This document shows, in pieces, positions 7,666-16,380 of a stretch of DNA of 32,000 nucleotides (position 1 is the stretch's first letter; each line of letters begins with the position of its first letter). Under the pieces are notes generated by a model. The model worked only from the letters and a program-made list of their open reading frames with translations, searched no databases and was not told where the DNA came from. This DNA is from Pseudodesulfovibrio piezophilus C1TLV30 (GTDB lineage Bacteria > Desulfobacterota > Desulfovibrionia > Desulfovibrionales > Desulfovibrionaceae): positions 3,092,411-3,124,410 of the forward strand of contig NC_020409.1 in the NCBI RefSeq assembly GCF_000341895.1, written 5' to 3'. A program made the position numbers and the translations under genes.

Positions 7666-8397
7666 ATGAAAAATATTCTCTTCAACTGCATGATGGTCCT
7701 GGCTGCTCTGGTATTGCTGTGTCCAGCCGCTTCCGCTGAAACATCCTTGACAATCAGGCCGAATCTGGTCGGTATCGGGACCAATTTCAACGGGACAGAT
7801 CTGTCCATCTCAGGCACGGTACCCGAAGGGACTGCCGCAGTGATTCGTCTCATGGGCGAGCCTCGCGATGAATTCTTCAAGGAGAAAGGCAAGGCCTTGG
7901 GTGTTCTGTGGATGAATCTCAAGACTGTCGAAATCAAAGGAGTACCGGATGTCTTTCTGATGGGGACAGATGGTGTCAGCACCATCGATTGGGAGCACTC
8001 CGACCTTGGCTTCAAGGCTGTGAAAGGCGAGACCGATGATCTTGTTTTCGATGAGTTTATCAAACTTATGGAGAATGACGGGTTTTATGAAGTAGAAAAG
8101 GATGTTGTTCAATACAAACCTGCGGCAAATAGACAGCGGGGCTTCACGGCGTCACTTTCCATTCCTTCAGCCATGCATCAGGGCATTTACAGGGTAGAAG
8201 TTCTGGCTGTCAAAGACGGTCAGGTCATGGGAGTCGCTTCGGAAGAATTGCATACCAAGTTGACAGGTTTGCCTGCCATGCTGTCTGTATTCGCATTCGA
8301 CCATTCCCTGTTGTATGGTGTCGCCGCCGTTCTTATCGCTATTCTGGCCGGTCTTGCCATGAGTCTGCTTTTCAAAGAACGCGGAGGCGCTCATTAG
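7666..8397 (+). CDS. Secreted, C-terminally membrane-anchored protein, probably TIGR02186 / Alph_Pro_TM (PF09608)-like
   Basis: Signal peptide MKNILFNCMMVLAALVLLCPAASAE and a single C-terminal TM LLYGVAAVLIAILAGLAMSLLF. The block GEPRDEFFKEKGKALGVLWMNLKTVEIKGVPDVF resembles the family core as I remember it. It starts 2 nt after the TSUP stop. The family call needs an HMM check. Confidence 0.6.
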   Translation: MKNILFNCMMVLAALVLLCPAASAETSLTIRPNLVGIGTNFNGTDLSISGTVPEGTAAVIRLMGEPRDEFFKEKGKALGVLWMNLKTVEIKGVPDVFLMGTDGVSTIDWEHSDLGFKAVKGETDDLVFDEFIKLMENDGFYEVEKDVVQYKPAANRQRGFTASLSIPSAMHQGIYRVEVLAVKDGQVMGVASEELHTKLTGLPAMLSVFAFDHSLLYGVAAVLIAILAGLAMSLLFKERGGAH

Positions 8398-8413
8398 CGC
8401 AGGGAGTTCATAT

Positions 8414-11005
8414 ATGAACAGGGTGTTCGACTATATTCGCACTCGATTGCTGCCGGGGCGGCAAAGGGAACGACGTTCCCTGGCCGCCCTGTTCAGCCAT
8501 TTTCAGCGTGTACTGGAATTGAACAATCGAACCCTGACGACGATCGCCTCGATGCACAGCAAACTCGGCGGTGGCTATATATTTGATCTGCAATATTTGC
8601 GCAGTTCCAAACAGTATATGGTGGACACGGCTCGTGAATTGCTTGATGCGTTCGATGCCATGGCACCCGGAAAGTATCCTGAATTGTACGCGAGTTTTCG
8701 GGATATCCGTTCCAAGCTGGAAAGCGAACTGGAGCGCCGTCCTATTCTCCCTGATGTCATGGTCATTCCATTTGAAGACATCGGTCCCAAAGACATGGAT
8801 GCTGTGGGAGCGAAGAATACCAGATTGGGGATAATCGCCAAAACCTCTTCGGTGACAGTGCCGTCCGGCTTCGCAGTGACCACTTCCGCATATCTTTTGT
8901 TCATGGAACATAATGGACTGGGAGAGACGATCAAAGGCTATGAAGAGGCTTGGCGCGCCGGTAATCTTCCGGCCAAGGATGCGTCCGATACAATTCAGGC
9001 ATTGATTCTGGCAGGGACAATTCCAACGCGGTTGCGAAGAGCCTTGAACAGGGAAAGTGATGCCTTGCGTCGGAAACTCGATGACAAGGATGTCCGGTTT
9101 GCCGTTCGTAGCAGCGCATGGGGAGAGGACGGAGCCCTGTCCTTTGCCGGTCAGTATGACAGTTATCTCAATGTGACGTCAGAGGGATTGCTTGATGCAT
9201 ACAAAAAGGTGTTGGCGAGTACCTTTTCCCCATCGGCCATGGAGTATCGGCGAGAATACGATTTCAAACCAGATGAAGTCTATATGGCTGTTTCGGTGCA
9301 GGGCATGGTTCAGGCCAGAACCAGTGGCGTGATGTATAGTCTGTCGCCGGTCAATCCCAAGATGAATTGTATAGACATCGCTGGAGTCTGGGGGCTGGGT
9401 GCCCCTGTGGTTTCGGGGAAGGTCAAGGTGGACCGATTTGCAGTCTCCCGAGACTCCGGCCATGCGGTTTTGTCCGAGTCGATCGCTGAAAAGCCTTTGG
9501 CTCAATATGGCCAGCCGGGTGGTTCCGTGGAGATGGAACCTGTGCCGGAGGATTTGCAGGCCGTTCCGAGTCTTTCTTCGGAGGAGATTCATTTATTGGC
9601 TGTCACAGCAATGCGGCTGGAGCAGTATTTCAAAAAACCGCAGGATATTGAATACGCCTTTGATCAGGATGGAGCGCTTGTTGTTCTTCAGGCCCGGCCT
9701 TTGAGGATTGCCGTATGTGATGATGCCCAGTCCCCGGAGTTGAGCGACGCACTGAAAGCGTACCCGGTCTTGCTCAGTGGTGAGGGAGATGTCGGACAGC
9801 AGGGAGTCGGCGCTGGTCCAGTCTTTGTCGCCTGGGAAGGACGAGACCTTGAGACTTTTCCTGATGGCGCTCTTCTTGTGGCTCATGTCTCATCGCCTCA
9901 ATATGCTTCGATTTTACACCGCGCTTCAGGGGTTGTTACTGACATAGGCTCCCCTTTGGGGCACATGGCAACCATTGCCCGCGAGTACCGCGTCCCGTCG
10001 CTGCTCAATGCCAGCCGGGCCACTATGGTTTTGCAGGAAGGGGAGATGGTCACACTCGATGCCGAGCAGAAGACCGTCTATCAGGGGTTGGTCAAAGAAT
10101 TGAAGCTCCATGATTTCATGTGTGACCGTATGGAGGAGACCTATGAGTATCGGTTATTGAGAAGAATGCTCAAGCTCATAGAGCCCTTGAACCTTTTTGA
10201 CCCGACCGCAGGGAATTTCACTCCTCAGGGATGTCAGACGCTCCATGATATAGCTCGATTCATTCATGAAAAATCAGTGGAAATACTGACAGATATCCCT
10301 AATGCATCCGCAGCTGGGGAAGCGTGTCCTGGCGGGCGTCTGGAGCTTCCGGTTCCACTGGATTTGGTGGTGCTTGATATCGGCGGCGGACTTGCTCCGG
10401 AGTGTGCCGGTGGCTTGCATGGCCTGAGGACTCGGCGGACCATCCGGCTGGATCAGGTGGAATCTACTACGCTGCATTCCTTTGTGAACGGAATGACTCT
10501 GGATGGTGTCTGGCAGTCGACCCCGGTGCCGGTGGATTTTTCCAGTTTCATGTCGAGTATGACCCGTACTTTTTCGACCGACACGACCGGGGCGCAAAGG
10601 ATTGGACAGAATCTTGCGGTTATTTCCAATCAATATCTGCACTTGAGTCTCAAGCTTGGATACCATTTTACCATGATTGATTGCTATGAAAGTGTTGATG
10701 GCGTGAGAAATGTTGTTCAATTCCGTTTTGCCGGGGGGGTCACAGGAGTGACCAGGCGATCTCGTCGTGCCAAATTCCTTTCAAATGTCCTGAAGACATA
10801 CGATTTTTCCGTGACTGTCAAAGAAGATCTGGTCGTGGCACGGGCCAAGGGACGAGTCGCTCAGGATGTTCACTGGCTGATGTATATTCTCGGCGTCGTG
10901 GTGGCATACACCCGGCAATTGGATGTCTCCATGGTCAATGACGCTCAGGTATTGGAACACTGCGAAGAATTTGAACGCATCGTCAATCAGGCGATAAGTA
11001 ATTAA
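8414..11005 (+). CDS. PEP synthase / pyruvate phosphate dikinase-like phosphohistidine enzyme with non-canonical N- and C-terminal domains
   Basis: About aa 126-440 is a PPDK_N ATP-grasp region (GAKNTRLGIIAK, VPSGFAVTTSAY, FAVRSSAWGEDGALSFAGQYDSYLNV). About aa 480-560 is a PEP-utilizer swivel domain with GSPLGHMATIAREYRVP (His517, codon 9962-9964). The first ~125 aa and last ~300 aa match nothing I recognise, and I saw no PEP/pyruvate TIM-barrel motifs. Confidence 0.85.
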   Translation: MNRVFDYIRTRLLPGRQRERRSLAALFSHFQRVLELNNRTLTTIASMHSKLGGGYIFDLQYLRSSKQYMVDTARELLDAFDAMAPGKYPELYASFRDIRSKLESELERRPILPDVMVIPFEDIGPKDMDAVGAKNTRLGIIAKTSSVTVPSGFAVTTSAYLLFMEHNGLGETIKGYEEAWRAGNLPAKDASDTIQALILAGTIPTRLRRALNRESDALRRKLDDKDVRFAVRSSAWGEDGALSFAGQYDSYLNVTSEGLLDAYKKVLASTFSPSAMEYRREYDFKPDEVYMAVSVQGMVQARTSGVMYSLSPVNPKMNCIDIAGVWGLGAPVVSGKVKVDRFAVSRDSGHAVLSESIAEKPLAQYGQPGGSVEMEPVPEDLQAVPSLSSEEIHLLAVTAMRLEQYFKKPQDIEYAFDQDGALVVLQARPLRIAVCDDAQSPELSDALKAYPVLLSGEGDVGQQGVGAGPVFVAWEGRDLETFPDGALLVAHVSSPQYASILHRASGVVTDIGSPLGHMATIAREYRVPSLLNASRATMVLQEGEMVTLDAEQKTVYQGLVKELKLHDFMCDRMEETYEYRLLRRMLKLIEPLNLFDPTAGNFTPQGCQTLHDIARFIHEKSVEILTDIPNASAAGEACPGGRLELPVPLDLVVLDIGGGLAPECAGGLHGLRTRRTIRLDQVESTTLHSFVNGMTLDGVWQSTPVPVDFSSFMSSMTRTFSTDTTGAQRIGQNLAVISNQYLHLSLKLGYHFTMIDCYESVDGVRNVVQFRFAGGVTGVTRRSRRAKFLSNVLKTYDFSVTVKEDLVVARAKGRVAQDVHWLMYILGVVVAYTRQLDVSMVNDAQVLEHCEEFERIVNQAISN

Positions 11006-11023
11006 ATACTGGAGGATTGCAGT

Positions 11024-11413
11024 ATGACCACCTCAACAAAGACGAGTATTCTCATCCTCGATGACGAACCAATCGTTTGCAAACGGCTTCAACCTGCACT
11101 GGAAAAGATGGGGTACGAAGTCGAAAGCTTTTATGAGAGTGCCAAAGCAATGGTCCGAATTCAGGAACGGGATTTTGACATTGTTGTCACCGACCTGAAA
11201 ATGGAAGGAATCGATGGGATGCAGTTTCTTGCCGAAGTGAAGAAACGTTCACCATCCACCGAGGTTATCGTTATTACAGGCTTCGCCACGATGGATACTG
11301 CCAAGGAATCCATGCGCAAGGGCGTTTTCGATTTTCTGGCAAAGCCGTTCAAGCTTGGTGAAATCCAGGAAGTCATTCGGAAGGCGGAAGAACACATCCG
11401 CAAAGGTGAATAA
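11024..11413 (+). CDS. Stand-alone CheY-like receiver domain protein
   Basis: 129 aa with DD13-14 (ILILDDEP), phospho-acceptor D57 (VVTDLKMEG), T in VIVITGF and K in LAKPF. There is no output domain. GGAGGA SD. Confidence 0.9.
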   Translation: MTTSTKTSILILDDEPIVCKRLQPALEKMGYEVESFYESAKAMVRIQERDFDIVVTDLKMEGIDGMQFLAEVKKRSPSTEVIVITGFATMDTAKESMRKGVFDFLAKPFKLGEIQEVIRKAEEHIRKGE

Positions 11414-11454
11414 GAAAAAAATTTCATGCTAAAAGAGAGAAGCGAGGTGCGCCC

Positions 11455-12252
11455 ATGGACATGCTGAAAGCCCTTGTCCCCGTGGAAATGACGTTGGCGT
11501 CCAACGTTGCCCTGCGGTACCTGTGCCAGAAATCCGACCTGCTCGGAATCGGTGTACAGCCTATTCATATTGAAGAACCGGATCACAAGCGGCATTCTTC
11601 GCAGACCGGTTGGATTCGCAAATCCTGGGAATCCGGGTTGCGACAGGCCGGGTTGGAGGAAGTCCGGCGTATCCTGAAGAGTGAGAAGCTGGATTGTTTT
11701 GTCCTTCCCAACCCTATCATTCGTGTTGGCTCCCGTGAAGATAAGATTCTCGAGGAACTGCGTCTTGGGTGGTATGACCTTTTTGTGGAAGGGGAGTTGG
11801 CCAATTTTAATACAGGGGAATTTCGCAAGCGCCTTCGGTCCCGCTTTTACAAGCAAATGCCATGTCCGGTTTTGATTGTTCGTAACATGATTCAATCAAA
11901 CAGACTGGTGGTGTTGCTGGATGAAAAGTCTGACATTGACGGGTTGATTTCAAAATTTTGTCGGTTTTTTGCCGATCAGTCGGTGGATTTTGATTTATGC
12001 GCTTATGCCATGGATGATCTACATCAGAATCCCCACCCAGATGAACTGCTTGCCGAAGCGTCACGGCTGCTGGAGGAAAAGGGATATATTCCAGCCAAGA
12101 CGTATTCTCTGCTCGGAGCACCGGACAGCGCTATCCAGGCCATGCATGAGTATGGCATGCTGATAGCTCACATCGATCGCAAGTCCAACTGCAAGTCCCC
12201 TCAGACCGAAGTGCTCGGCCTGGTTTCCTGTCCCATTCTCTTATGCTGGTGA
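11455..12252 (+). CDS. Hypothetical protein, possibly a degenerate tandem USP-like (adenine-nucleotide alpha-hydrolase fold) protein
   Basis: Two halves each end in a USP-like terminal strand (CPVLIVRN and CPILLCW), but no ATP-binding glycine motif is visible. GAGGTG SD lies 5 nt upstream. The gene is tightly packed in the operon. Confidence 0.5.
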   Translation: MDMLKALVPVEMTLASNVALRYLCQKSDLLGIGVQPIHIEEPDHKRHSSQTGWIRKSWESGLRQAGLEEVRRILKSEKLDCFVLPNPIIRVGSREDKILEELRLGWYDLFVEGELANFNTGEFRKRLRSRFYKQMPCPVLIVRNMIQSNRLVVLLDEKSDIDGLISKFCRFFADQSVDFDLCAYAMDDLHQNPHPDELLAEASRLLEEKGYIPAKTYSLLGAPDSAIQAMHEYGMLIAHIDRKSNCKSPQTEVLGLVSCPILLCW

Positions 12253-12273
12253 TTGAGCCAAGGGAGATTTTCG

Positions 12274-13140
12274 ATGAAATTACTCGTCGCCGTTGATGAA
12301 AATGCCTATAGCCGTTATGCGGTCAGCCAGGCAGCCAGATTGGCCGCCAATACCTGGCCGGATGTAGTCATGCTGGCTGTTGAAAAGAAACGTTCATACA
12401 TTGCTGAAGATGACTTGGAACAGGCTCAGGCTCATCCCAAGACCAGGCTCTTGCGTCGATACCGAGCTGATTTTCTGGAGGCTTTGGGGTCTGATGTCGA
12501 TCTGTATAGTCACGATGAAAACAGTCCTTTTACTCACACACAGCGAGCTGTTCTGGAAGAAGATACCTCCGGGCGCAAAGGTTTTTTTCTGCATGTCAGG
12601 AGCGGCAATCCGGTGAAGGCGATCATTACCGAGGCCAGGGAAGCAGAAAGTGATTGTATCATTATCGGGTGTCACCAGCACGAGGGAGGCTGGGGACGAG
12701 GCGCGGGTGTGCCGGGTAAGGTTGCGGATGCTGCTGACTGCTCTGTCTTTGTCATGCGTGAGAGCATGAATCCTTCCAAAGTCGTCTGCTGCCTGGATCA
12801 TGCCCATGTTACTCAGGAATCCCTTGAGCTTATCAATCAATGTGTGACTTTGTACGGTGCTCAATTAGAGGTCGTCGGCATCCTGAAGCGCGGAGAACTG
12901 CGAGAGGATGTGGAAGCAAAGATGGGCGAGGTTCTTGATTATTATCTGAGCCGTGGTGTGCAGGCACTGCTCCGAGTGGTTGATGAAGGTTCTTTGGAGG
13001 CATTTGTTGAAGCCGGAGGTCAGGATGATCTCATGGCTTTATGGTTGACTCACAAGTCTCCTTTGCAGCGGCTCTTGCCACGTCATCGAGTGGCTTCTCT
13101 GGTGAATCATTCTTCCTCTTCCATCCTGATCTTGCGCTGA
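12274..13140 (+). CDS. Tandem universal stress protein family protein
   Basis: MKLLVAVDENAYSRYAVSQAARLA starts domain 1, which ends ..CIIIGCHQHEGGWGRGAGVPGKVADAADCSVFVM. Domain 2 runs KVVCCLDHAHV... to ..HSSSSILILR. Start moved to ATG 12274 (GGGAG upstream); the track TTG is at 12253. Confidence 0.7.
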   Translation: MKLLVAVDENAYSRYAVSQAARLAANTWPDVVMLAVEKKRSYIAEDDLEQAQAHPKTRLLRRYRADFLEALGSDVDLYSHDENSPFTHTQRAVLEEDTSGRKGFFLHVRSGNPVKAIITEAREAESDCIIIGCHQHEGGWGRGAGVPGKVADAADCSVFVMRESMNPSKVVCCLDHAHVTQESLELINQCVTLYGAQLEVVGILKRGELREDVEAKMGEVLDYYLSRGVQALLRVVDEGSLEAFVEAGGQDDLMALWLTHKSPLQRLLPRHRVASLVNHSSSSILILR

Positions 13141-13227
13141 AGTTTTTTGGGCGGAAGTGAGCGGAATTTGGCAGGGAAGACGCTTTATCTGATGAGAGGG
13201 AGGGAGCTTGGAGAAGAGATGCCTTTC

Positions 13228-13268
13228 ACAAAGCAAGTGGGGCCAATCAATGGCCCCACTTGCTTTGT
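13228..13268. terminator. Bidirectional hairpin terminator between convergent operons
   Basis: Perfect 18-bp arms ACAAAGCAAGTGGGGCCA / TGGCCCCACTTGCTTTGT with a 5-nt loop. It sits between the stop at 13140 (+) and the stop at 13307 (-). Confidence 0.85.
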
Positions 13269-13306
13269 ATGAATCACTTTTTCATTTCCTGCGAGGGAAG
13301 ACGGCT

Positions 13307-14383
13307 CTATTTCTTGAGTGTTTTTAATCCCATCCGCATACCGTTGTTTTCGTAGAGAGATAAGACCTCCATATCATTGAACGCATTGCGTTCGGCGAAC
13401 TGTGTGGCTCGCCACCATGTTGCTTCCAGCAGGTTCTCGCGAGCCTCAAGGTGTTGCGCTGTTGTCATCGGGACGGAAGGAGTCTGCCAACTGATGCCCG
13501 TCTGATTGAGGTCATATATGGTGTAGCGCATGGGATGGGTGTTGACCGATGGCGAAACAAAATAATTGATTCCATTGAGTTCCTTGAGGTTCAAGGCGAT
13601 ATGGCGATGCCCGGAGATGACAACCTGGGCATTGGCATGTTTCTCCAGCATGGCTCGAACTTCGGCGGCGTTGTCAACGGTAAACCATTGCTTGGGCCCG
13701 CCTTGAAGTTCATCGGCGGACCAGCGAACCAGATTGTGATGAATAAAGATCACATGCATTGCATCTTTGTTGCTGGTAAGTTCTCTGTCGAGCCATTCGA
13801 GTTGATCGGCGCTGACAATCCCTCCCCATTTTTTGGGATCATGGGGCAGATTGGCATCCATGCCAATAATACGCAGGCCAGGAACTATTTCGTGCGCATA
13901 ATGGCGATTGCCTGATTCCTCATAGCCGTGTCCCTCGAAATAGCTCACAAAATCTTCTATGGGCATGTACGTGAACCCTGCACGATGCTTCTGTGTGTCA
14001 ACGGGGGCGAAGTCATGATTCCCGGCTATGACGTAGTAGGGAGCTTGCAGGGTGTCTAAAGCGGATTTGACTGCTCTCGCATTTTCCCATTCTCCATCCT
14101 GAAGCAGGTCTCCACAGACCATGACAAAAGCCAGATTTTCATCCAGGTTCAGGGCTTCCACCGTGTTTCGGACACAATCCATGCTACAGGCGGACATTTT
14201 CATTCCGTTTTTTCCCTTGATGTCGGCATGAGGGTCGGAGATGACCGCAAAACGAACTGCCCCGAAGTCTTTTGGGGCTGGGGTGGCGAATGAAGTGGTG
14301 TTGGTCAGCAATGTTGCTGCCCCTGCTGTCAGGGCCATGCCCCCCGTTTTCAGAAACGAGCGGCGGGATAGATCTTTCGTCAT
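13307..14383 (-). CDS. Tat-exported metallophosphoesterase (calcineurin-like)
   Basis: Twin-arginine signal SRRSFLKTGGMALTAGAATLL. Metallophosphoesterase motifs ISDPH, GDLLQDG, GNHD, IHHN and GHRH. Start moved to ATG 14383 (GGAG 6 nt upstream); the track start at 14395 is TTG. Confidence 0.85.
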   Translation of the reverse strand: MTKDLSRRSFLKTGGMALTAGAATLLTNTTSFATPAPKDFGAVRFAVISDPHADIKGKNGMKMSACSMDCVRNTVEALNLDENLAFVMVCGDLLQDGEWENARAVKSALDTLQAPYYVIAGNHDFAPVDTQKHRAGFTYMPIEDFVSYFEGHGYEESGNRHYAHEIVPGLRIIGMDANLPHDPKKWGGIVSADQLEWLDRELTSNKDAMHVIFIHHNLVRWSADELQGGPKQWFTVDNAAEVRAMLEKHANAQVVISGHRHIALNLKELNGINYFVSPSVNTHPMRYTIYDLNQTGISWQTPSVPMTTAQHLEARENLLEATWWRATQFAERNAFNDMEVLSLYENNGMRMGLKTLKK

Positions 14384-14644
14384 CACAATCTCCAAGGTTA
14401 AAGTTTACAACCATGGAAGATACGGTTTTTTCTTTTGGCCTGTGTGCCTATCCGTTGTCATTTTTGTTGGAATTGCGAAAATCAGAAAAGAGGTTTCACG
14501 TTTCAGAATATTTTCCTGCCGTGTTTTCACTGAGAGCGTGTTCTCGGAAACTATAATATCCAATCCCTTGTCGCTGTGTAGATTATTGGAGAGAGTTGAA
14601 GAGTCTTGTGGGTCATTAATATTCGCCGAGAGAAGGGAGTCGTG

Positions 14645-16207
14645 ATGCTGAATCTGACACTGAAAACCAAAATGAAAATAAGTTTGGCTGTATGTATTGG
14701 AGTCATTCTTGTTTCTCTGCCGATTATGGTCAACGCACTGAACAATATCCACACGCATTGGAGTTCGTATACCTCAAACGCGGTCGTTCGTCAGAAGTTG
14801 CTCATGCAGATCAAAGAGCAATTCGGATATGGTGGTATCATTCACAATTTCAAAAATTATGTTTTACGGGGACAACCCAAGTTCAAGGAGCGTATTCAGA
14901 ATAATCAAACCCAAATTCTCGGGTATTTGGACCAGTATCGTACCTTGGGGCTGACACCTGTGGAAGAAGAGGCTCTGGATAAGATCAAAGGGGTCATGCA
15001 AAACTATTTTTCCAATGTGGCCCTTGTGGAAACAATGTGGGCCGAAGGGAAAAGCCCTAAGGAAGTGGATGGCGTTGTCAAGATCAGCGATACCCCTGCG
15101 TTTGAGGGGTTCGAGGTGCTTAACAAAGGATTTAACTCCATGGAAGGCAGGCTTATCCTGGGTGTGGACAATTGTATTGCTCAAGTCACTTGGGCGAGCG
15201 GGATAACCATTGTCCTGTTGGTGCTTCTTGTCCTCGCTGCCAATCTTCTTCTACGGATTGTTGTTCGGGACATAAGACTTGTTTCTCTTTGGGCATCTCA
15301 GGTGGATAGGGACATTTACTATTCTGGTGAACTTGGTTTTAAACGCGATGATGAATTGGGAGATTTGGCGGATTCTGTTCGTGGGATGGCCTCCAAGCTC
15401 ACAGGAGTCATTCGTGATATTGTGGCAGTTTCTGAAAAAGTAAGCGCATGCAGTGACACTCTTTCTGTCTCAACTGAAGAGATTGCCAAGGGGGCGGATC
15501 AGCAAGCCGCCAGTGTTGAAGAGATATCTGCGTCAATGGAACAAATGACGGGAAACATCGGACAGAATGCGGAGAATGCGAAAAGCACGGATGATATAGC
15601 CAGAGATTCCGGAGGCAGGGCTCTTGAATGTGGAGAAGCAGTAGCCATGACCGTCAGTGCCATGAAAGAAATCGCTGAGAAAATATCCATCATCGAAGAG
15701 ATTGCTCGGCAAACGAACTTACTGGCGCTCAACGCAGCCATTGAAGCGGCCAGGGCAGGGGAGCATGGCAAAGGGTTTGCCGTGGTCGCGGCTGAAGTTC
15801 GCAAGTTGGCAGAGCGAAGTGGAGTGGCTGCCACGGAAATCAGCGAACTCTCGATCAACAGTGTGAATGTTGCGGATAAGGCCGGGCGCATGTTGTCCAC
15901 ACTGGTGCCTGATATTGAAAAGACCGCAGAGTTGGTGCAGGAAATTAATATCTCAAGCAATGAGCAGAACTCTGGTGCAGAGCAGGTCAATTCCGCCATT
16001 CAAATTTTGGATGAAGTGATCCAACGGAACGCGACTGTTTCAAAGCAAACAGCGGATACGGCTCAGGACCTTGTCGCACAGGCTGATTTGCTTGAGGATA
16101 TTCTTCAAAGGTTTGGCGGCGGTCAAAATTCCCGTCCTGCTCCCATTGTCAAGACGGTGCGAAATCCTGCGGCGTTGCCACAGGGAGGTATTGAAATCGA
16201 TATGTAG
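14645..16207 (+). CDS. Methyl-accepting chemotaxis protein
   Basis: TM1, a ~160-aa periplasmic region, TM2, HAMP, and the highly conserved signalling hairpin [44 protein letters not shown] 14645 follows GAAGGGAG. Confidence 0.95.
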   Translation: MLNLTLKTKMKISLAVCIGVILVSLPIMVNALNNIHTHWSSYTSNAVVRQKLLMQIKEQFGYGGIIHNFKNYVLRGQPKFKERIQNNQTQILGYLDQYRTLGLTPVEEEALDKIKGVMQNYFSNVALVETMWAEGKSPKEVDGVVKISDTPAFEGFEVLNKGFNSMEGRLILGVDNCIAQVTWASGITIVLLVLLVLAANLLLRIVVRDIRLVSLWASQVDRDIYYSGELGFKRDDELGDLADSVRGMASKLTGVIRDIVAVSEKVSACSDTLSVSTEEIAKGADQQAASVEEISASMEQMTGNIGQNAENAKSTDDIARDSGGRALECGEAVAMTVSAMKEIAEKISIIEEIARQTNLLALNAAIEAARAGEHGKGFAVVAAEVRKLAERSGVAATEISELSINSVNVADKAGRMLSTLVPDIEKTAELVQEINISSNEQNSGAEQVNSAIQILDEVIQRNATVSKQTADTAQDLVAQADLLEDILQRFGGGQNSRPAPIVKTVRNPAALPQGGIEIDM

Positions 16208-16271
16208 TTTTTCTGTGTACGAATTGGTAGGTGTTTCCCTCGGCTGTCAATGAGAAATGAGATGGTTTGAG

Positions 16272-16315
16272 GAGAACCAGGGGAGACGTGTTCTGTTTCC
16301 CCTGGTTCTCTTCTT
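16272..16315 (+). terminator. Rho-independent terminator after the MCP gene
   Basis: Perfect 13-bp arms GAGAACCAGGGGA / TCCCCTGGTTCTC with a 13-nt loop, followed by TTCTT. Confidence 0.8.
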
Positions 16316-16380
16316 AGAGCGTGTATGGTTTGTGGAAGCGTGATTTTTTGGTCGAAGAAGGTGCTGAACTCGGGTGAATT

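Noticed and set aside
11161-11895. 244-aa minus-strand ORF spanning the receiver / USP-like junction
   Set aside because: It is antisense to a canonical receiver domain and crosses an intergenic SD region. I treat it as a shadow ORF.
14499-14509. 11-nt reverse-complement match (cgtttcagaat) to the enhancer 14-mer, in the phosphoesterase/MCP intergenic region
   Set aside because: An 11-mer match is expected by chance at the percent level in 64 kb of two-strand sequence, and there is no -24/-12 element nearby. It is worth re-examining only if the EBP motif is defined experimentally.
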